Below, piece after piece: positions 59,179-64,000 of a DNA stretch of 64,000 nt (within the stretch, counting starts at the first letter, position 1; each line of letters starts with the position of its first letter). Under the pieces are notes generated by a model. That model was not told the DNA's origin. It saw only the letters and a list, made by a program, of their open reading frames with translations, and did no database searches. The DNA lies in NCBI GenBank assembly GCA_963695185.1, contig CAVOGH010000004.1, positions 464,245 to 528,244 of the forward strand, given 5' to 3'. The position numbers and the translations under genes are program-made. This DNA comes from an uncultured Gemmatimonadales bacterium. GTDB taxonomy: Bacteria > Gemmatimonadota > Gemmatimonadetes > Gemmatimonadales > GWC2-71-9.

Positions 59179-59880
59179 CTACGGGTCGGTCGGCCGAAGG
59201 TCCAGTTCGCTGATCAGCGCCCGCTCGGGGAGCCTGAGCACATCCACCACCGTCTGGGCCACGTCCTCCGGCTGCAGGATCTTATCGACGTTGGGCGAGA
59301 GCTGGGTCTGCTTGCGGATCAGCGGGGTGTCCACCGACCCGGGGCAGATGGCAATGACCCGGATCTTCTCTTTCCGTACCTCCAGCATGAGCGAGCGGCT
59401 GAAGCCGAGGACGGCGTGCTTGGAGGCCGAGTAGGCGGTGCCGCCGGCGAAGCCGTTGCGGCCGGCCAGGCTGGCGATGTTGATGATCGCCCCGTGCTTC
59501 CGTTCCCGCATGCCGGGCAGCACCGCACGGGTGCAGAGGAAGATGCCGCGGAGATTGACGGCCATGGTGGCGTCCCAATCATCCAGCGACAGCTCGGCGA
59601 AGGGCTTGAGCACCGCGATGCCGGCGTTGTTGACCAGGACGTCCACCGGGCCGAGCGCTCTGGTCACCGCGGCGATCATGGCGTCGACGTCCGCCGCGCT
59701 GGAGACGTCGCAGGGGTGGCCCGCAGCGGTGATGCCAGCCTTCTCCAGATCTTCCAGCAGGAGCCGGAGCTTGGATGGAGTCCGGGCGCAGACCCCGACC
59801 TTGTAGCCTGCCTGACCCAGGGCAAACGCCGTGGCTCGGCCGATCCCCTCGGTGGCGCCGGTGACGAGAGCGGTAGACAT
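59179..59880 (-). CDS. SDR-family oxidoreductase
   Basis: TGATEGIG (TGxxxGxG), NNAG, and S...YSASK catalytic residues. Confidence 0.9.
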   Translation of the reverse strand: MSTALVTGATEGIGRATAFALGQAGYKVGVCARTPSKLRLLLEDLEKAGITAAGHPCDVSSAADVDAMIAAVTRALGPVDVLVNNAGIAVLKPFAELSLDDWDATMAVNLRGIFLCTRAVLPGMRERKHGAIINIASLAGRNGFAGGTAYSASKHAVLGFSRSLMLEVRKEKIRVIAICPGSVDTPLIRKQTQLSPNVDKILQPEDVAQTVVDVLRLPERALISELDLRPTDP

Positions 59881-59902
59881 GGGGGGAAGGTAAGGGCGGG
59901 TA

Positions 59903-59994
59903 GGGGATTAGGCGATTGGGCGATTCTTGGACGATTGGACGGTCGGACGACTGCATCTCAGCCACCACCCGAATCGCCCAATCGCCCAATCCCC
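59903..59994. repeat. Palindromic element built from octamer repeats (24-nt arms, 44-nt spacer)
   Basis: The left arm GGGGATTAGGCGATTGGGCGATTC (59903-59926) pairs with the right arm GAATCGCCCAATCGCCCAATCCCC (59971-59994) at 23 of 24 positions. The spacer also contains GGACGATT-GGACGGTC-GGACGACT. Confidence 0.85.
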
Positions 59995-60008
59995 ATATCT
60001 TCCATATC

Positions 60009-61910
60009 GTGACGACTCCGGCCCGCCCCCGCCCCCGCTCTCGCCCCAAGCCGATCGAGCCGCCCAAGCCGCTCCGGGAGCGGATCCGGTCGCTCCGCCA
60101 CCTGCCCCGACTGCTCCGGCTGGTGTGGGAGACGGATCGCGGCTTGTCGAGCCTGATGGTGGGGCTTCGGTTCCTCCGTGCCCTGGTGCCGATCGGGGTG
60201 CTGTGGGTCGGGAAGCTGATCATTGACGGGGTGGTCGCGGCGATCGGGGCGGGCGCGGGCACCGGGGCGATGGGACGATTGGGCGATTCGAGCGTGGAAT
60301 CGCTGGCCTGGCTGGTGCTGATCGAGTTCGGGCTGGCAGTGGTGGGTGAGATCCTGGCGCGGGCCTCGGCGCTGGTGGAGAGTCTGTTAGGCGATCTGGT
60401 GGCCAACCGGACGTCAGTGCAGCTGATGGAACACGCCGCCAGCCTGGACCTGGCCCAGCTGGAGAATCCCGCGATCTACGACCAGCTGGAACGGGCCCGG
60501 CGGCAGACGGTGGGACGGATCGGGCTGGTGACCGGCCTGCTCTCCTCGGTTCAGGACATCGTGACTCTCGCAAGCCTGGCGGTGGCTCTCACGCTGTACG
60601 TTCCCTGGCTCCTGGTCCTGCTGGCGCTGGCGGTGCTGCCGTCTTTCCTCGGGGAGACCCGTTTCGCTGCCCTGTCCTACTCCCTGCTGTACTCCTGGAC
60701 CGAGGAACGGCGCCGGCTCGATTACCTGCGCTATATCGGCGCCAGCGACATCTCCGCCAAGGAGGTGAAGCTGTTCGGGCTGGACCGATTCCTGGTGGAT
60801 CGCTACGCCGATCTCTCTACCGAGTTCTACGAGGCGAACCGCGATCTCGCGGTCCGACGGGCGGTGGTCTCCTCGCTGCTCGGGCTGGTGGGCACGCTGG
60901 GCTACTACGGCGCCTTTGCGACGATCATCTGGCTCACGATCACCGGGCACCAGTCGCCCGCCGGACCGTTCACCCTGGGCGTGCTCACCTTCCTGGCGGC
61001 GTCGTTCCGGCAGAGTCGGGACATGATCCAGCGCGCCCTGCTCACTGCCTCAGAACTGGTGGAGCAGAGCATGTACCTGGATGATCTGTTTTCCTTCCTG
61101 GCGGTGCGCCCGGGGATCGTGTCGAAGCCGGGCGCTCCACGGGTGCCGGTTCCCATCCGGGAGGGGTTCGTCTTCGAGGATGTGGGGTTCCGCTACCCCA
61201 ACTCCGAGCGCTGGGCGGTGCGGCACCTGTCCTTCCGGCTCCGCCCAGGGGAACGGCTGGCGCTGGTGGGAGAGAACGGCGCCGGCAAGACCACCCTCGC
61301 CAAGCTGCTGGCCCGGCTGTACGAACCCACCGAGGGCCGGGTGTTGCTCGACGGCCGGGACCTCAGGGAGTACGACGTGGCCAGCCTCCGGCAGCAGGTG
61401 GGGGTGATCTTCCAGGACTTCGTGCGCTACGACTTCCCCTTCCGCGAGAACATCGCGGTAGGAGACGTGACCCGGATCGGCGACCAACCGGCGCTCGCGA
61501 CCGCCGCCGGCCGGAGCCTGGCGGACAGCGTGCTCCCGCGCCTGCCCAACAAGTGGGAACAGATGCTGGGCCGGCGGTTCGAGAGCGGGGTGGATCTGTC
61601 GGGCGGCGAATGGCAGAAGGTGGCGCTGGCGCGGGCCTACCTCAGGGATGCGCAGCTCCTGATCCTGGACGAACCCACCGCGGCGCTGGATGCACGGGCG
61701 GAGTACGAGGTGTTCCAGCGGTTCTCCGAACTCACCGTGGGCCGCATGGCGGTGCTGATCAGCCATCGCTTCAGCACCGTCCGCATGGCGGACCGGATTC
61801 TGGTGCTCATGGGCGGCGAGCGGGTGGAGGAGGGCTCCCACGAGGAGCTGGTGGCCAGGGGCGGACTCTACGCCGAGCTGTTCGCGCTGCAGGCGGAGGG
61901 GTACCGGTGA
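60009..61910 (+). CDS. ABC exporter, fused TMD-NBD (MsbA/ABCB-like)
   Basis: GTG 60009. Six TM helices, then Walker A GENGAGKTT, signature LSGGEWQK and Walker B LLILDEPTAALD. Confidence 0.9.
   Translation: MTTPARPRPRSRPKPIEPPKPLRERIRSLRHLPRLLRLVWETDRGLSSLMVGLRFLRALVPIGVLWVGKLIIDGVVAAIGAGAGTGAMGRLGDSSVESLAWLVLIEFGLAVVGEILARASALVESLLGDLVANRTSVQLMEHAASLDLAQLENPAIYDQLERARRQTVGRIGLVTGLLSSVQDIVTLASLAVALTLYVPWLLVLLALAVLPSFLGETRFAALSYSLLYSWTEERRRLDYLRYIGASDISAKEVKLFGLDRFLVDRYADLSTEFYEANRDLAVRRAVVSSLLGLVGTLGYYGAFATIIWLTITGHQSPAGPFTLGVLTFLAASFRQSRDMIQRALLTASELVEQSMYLDDLFSFLAVRPGIVSKPGAPRVPVPIREGFVFEDVGFRYPNSERWAVRHLSFRLRPGERLALVGENGAGKTTLAKLLARLYEPTEGRVLLDGRDLREYDVASLRQQVGVIFQDFVRYDFPFRENIAVGDVTRIGDQPALATAAGRSLADSVLPRLPNKWEQMLGRRFESGVDLSGGEWQKVALARAYLRDAQLLILDEPTAALDARAEYEVFQRFSELTVGRMAVLISHRFSTVRMADRILVLMGGERVEEGSHEELVARGGLYAELFALQAEGYR
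60264..60290. repeat. Octamer repeat copy embedded in the ABC exporter coding sequence
   Basis: GGGGCGATGGGACGATTGGGCGATTCG encodes GAMGRLGDS in the loop after TM1. Confidence 0.7.
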
Positions 61911-62020
61911 GGTGAGGGCTGAACGCCGCTGGTCGCCGAACGTCTATCCGGTAGCGTCAGCGCTGCCCCGAAGCAACCGGCAGAGTGATCCACCTCACCT
62001 ACCACGTCTCAGGCGATGTC

Positions 62021-62282
62021 ATGCGCAGGCCCGGAGGAGGGCCCTTTCAGCGTATCCTGTTCCAGGTGGAGGATGGAGACATCGAAGTGTTCGACGTTGA
62101 AGGTGGTATTCGGCAGTGGCCGACGCTTCTCGCCGGCGACCCGCCTGGTGTTCAGCCCCGACAACCGCACTCGGGTGATAGACCTTCCCGGGGCAACCCG
62201 CAACCTCCGGCGGGTGGAGTGTACTTACCGGAGCATCCCGGGCGGCGGGCCGGGCCACGGTGACGCTCTATTCGCGAGGTAG
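62021..62282 (+). pseudogene. Small beta-rich hypothetical protein, apparently split between two frames
   Basis: ORF 61985..62263 gives ...GPFQRILFQVEDGDIEVFDV, then degenerates. ORF 62016..62282 gives KVVFGSGRRFSPATRLVFSPDNRTRVIDLPGATRNLRRVECTYRS...ALFAR*. The frames cross at ~62091-62106. Alternatively a 61-aa protein starts at TTG 62096. Confidence 0.4.
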
Positions 62283-62350
62283 ATGGAGGGAATCCGCGGG
62301 CGCGACCGGGTGGCTGGAACTTTCGCAGGCCCAGCCCCGTTCCCCGGGCC

Positions 62351-62861
62351 ATGAGAAGCTCGCAACTCCTCCTGTGCCTGCTGCTGATCACGGCGCCGCT
62401 CCCCCTCGCCGGGCAGCAGCGGCTCGGCTGCTTTCATCTCCTGGCAGGCGCGGCCGGTGACGGGCATGGTGGCGGGGGCGCCGGCCCTGTCGCCGCCGGC
62501 GGAAGGGGGGCGGTCCACTGCGTGGCTGGTGGGAGGCGGGGTGCTGGGAGGCGCGGTCGGGCTGGGGGCGGGGGCGCTCTTCGGCGGCATTCTGGGTGGC
62601 GGCTACAAGATCTGCGGCGACGATCCCTGCGGCCTGGACGAGGCGATCTTCGGCGCCATCGGGGGTGAGGTGGCGCTGCTCCCCCTCGGGGTGCACCTCG
62701 CCAACGGGCGGCGGGGGAAGTACCTCCCCGCCCTGGCGGTATCCGCGGCCATCGCGGGCATCGGCATCCTGCTGTCGGGCAACGGCGATCACGGTGAGGT
62801 CATGGTCGCGGTCCCCATCGCGCAGCTCTTCAGCTCCATTCTCATTGAGCTGGGGACCTAG
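62351..62861 (+). pseudogene. Glycine-zipper membrane protein whose signal peptide lies in a different frame
   Basis: ORF 62351..62668 starts MRSSQLLLCLLLITAPLPLAGQQ, then turns into G/R junk. ORF 62457..62861 (frame open from 62388) gives ...GGGVLGGAVGLGAGALFGGILGGG... Alternatively a leaderless-type protein starts at GTG 62457. Confidence 0.45.
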
Positions 62862-62981
62862 GGGCAGCCCGTCGTTCGCGGCCCCCTGAACCGGTCCTCA
62901 TCCGGATTTCACCCACCCCCATTTGACACCTCCCGCCCCAGCCTGCATGATAGCCCAACCCCTTCACAAGGAGGCCGGGCC

Positions 62982-64000
62982 CATGCGGGTCTATGCATCA
63001 GCTGCCATTCGCAACGTGGCGTTCGTGGGCCACGGGGCGAGTGGCAAGACCACCCTGGTTGACGCGCTGGCGTTCGTGTCTGGCTCCAGCAAACGCCACG
63101 GCTCCATCCAGGACGGCACCACCCTCACCGACTACTCCGCCGACGAGATCGACCGCAAGCATTCCATCAGCCTCGGCCTCGGCTTCGCCGAGTGGATGGA
63201 CACCAAGATCAACCTGATCGACGCGCCCGGATTCCTCGACTTCCTCGGGGAAGCCACCGCCGCGCTCCACTCCGCCGACGCCGCCGTGGTGGTGCTCAAC
63301 GCCACCGGTGGCGTGGAGGTGGGCACCGAGAAGGTCTGGGAGATCTGCGACCGGCTGCACCTCCCCCGCCTCCTCTTCGTGACCCAGATGGACCGGGAAC
63401 GGGCCGACTTCGAACGGGTGTTCGACGGCGTGAAGGCCCACCTCTCGCCCAAGGTGGTGCCGGTGGAGATCCCCATCGGCAACGGGGCCGACTTCCGCGG
63501 CGTCATCAACCTGCTGACCGACGAGGCCCGGCTCTTCAAGAAGGGCACCAAGACGGGAGAGTACGACACCGCCCCGCTCCCCGACGATGTGAAGGACACC
63601 TACCAGAAGTACCACGAACAGCTGGTGGAGGCGATCGCCACCACCGACGACGCGCTGCTGGAGAAATACCTGGGTGGCGAGGAGCTGTCGCGCGAGGAGA
63701 TCGTATCAGGCCTCAAGAAGGGCGTGCTGGCCGGCGAGATCGTGCCGATGCTGGTGGGGAGCGCCACCCTGACCTACGGCACCCGGGCGCTGCTCACCGA
63801 GATCGTGGACCTGCTCCCCTCGCCCCTGGAAGCGCCGATCCCCGACCGGGAGGGCGATCACGACGGCGCCCCGCTCCTCGGCCACGTCTTCAAGACCATC
63901 TCCGAGCCCCACGTGGGCGATGTGACGCTGTTCCGGCTCTACCGCGGCTCCATCAAGAGCGGCGATGAGGTCTGGAACCACGAGCACAACGTGGCGGAGA
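62982..64000 (+). CDS. Elongation factor G-family GTPase (EF-G paralogue), 3' end outside window
   Basis: AAGGAGG precedes ATG 62982. IRNVAFVGHGASGKTTL (G1), DAPGFLDF (G3) and TQMDRE (G4, a variant of NKxD). Frame stays open to nt 64000. Not in the ORF track because there is no stop. Confidence 0.85.

Noticed and set aside
62924-62960. TTGACA followed by a possible -10 (ATGATA/TGATAG) upstream of the EF-G paralogue.
   Set aside because: The spacer would be 18-19 nt and the -10 is a poor match to TAnnnT, so the evidence is too weak to list as a feature.

Overview
A visibly GC-rich (not computed), densely packed chromosomal segment from a diderm bacterium: it encodes an Omp85-type barrel, a TonB-dependent receptor and several outer-membrane beta-barrel proteins. 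My guess is a Gemmatimonadota-like lineage, which I cannot verify without a database search. The content is mostly housekeeping. It includes a complete sufR-sufBCDSU Fe-S operon that continues into a bacilliredoxin gene and an unknown small ORF, with a convergent ferredoxin gene at its end. It also includes mnmG followed by two consensus parS sites and a coupled parA-parB-M23 peptidase-bactofilin operon. Other blocks are a BMP-type (nucleoside-like) ABC transporter operon, yjcH-actP, queG, ndh, plsC, def and rnd. A copper block contains copZ, ctaG, SCO, copD and copC, next to a divergent TonB-receptor module, and there is a Znu/TroA-like metal-uptake operon. I found no tRNA, rRNA, CRISPR array, transposase, integrase or recognisable defence genes, and I see no convincing novel multi-gene system. 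The features that standard annotation would miss are: (1) a family of octamer-periodic GGCG(A/G/C)TTG repeats at seven or more loci, one forming a 24-bp-arm palindrome and two embedded in coding sequence; (2) five apparent frame disruptions, all in transport or envelope genes; (3) a relic copy of the actP 5' end; (4) a G14 homopolymer in a divergent promoter region; (5) a long low-GC def-sufR intergenic region; and (6) several unusual gene fusions and linkages. Most long ORFs antisense to the called genes are high-GC artefacts.
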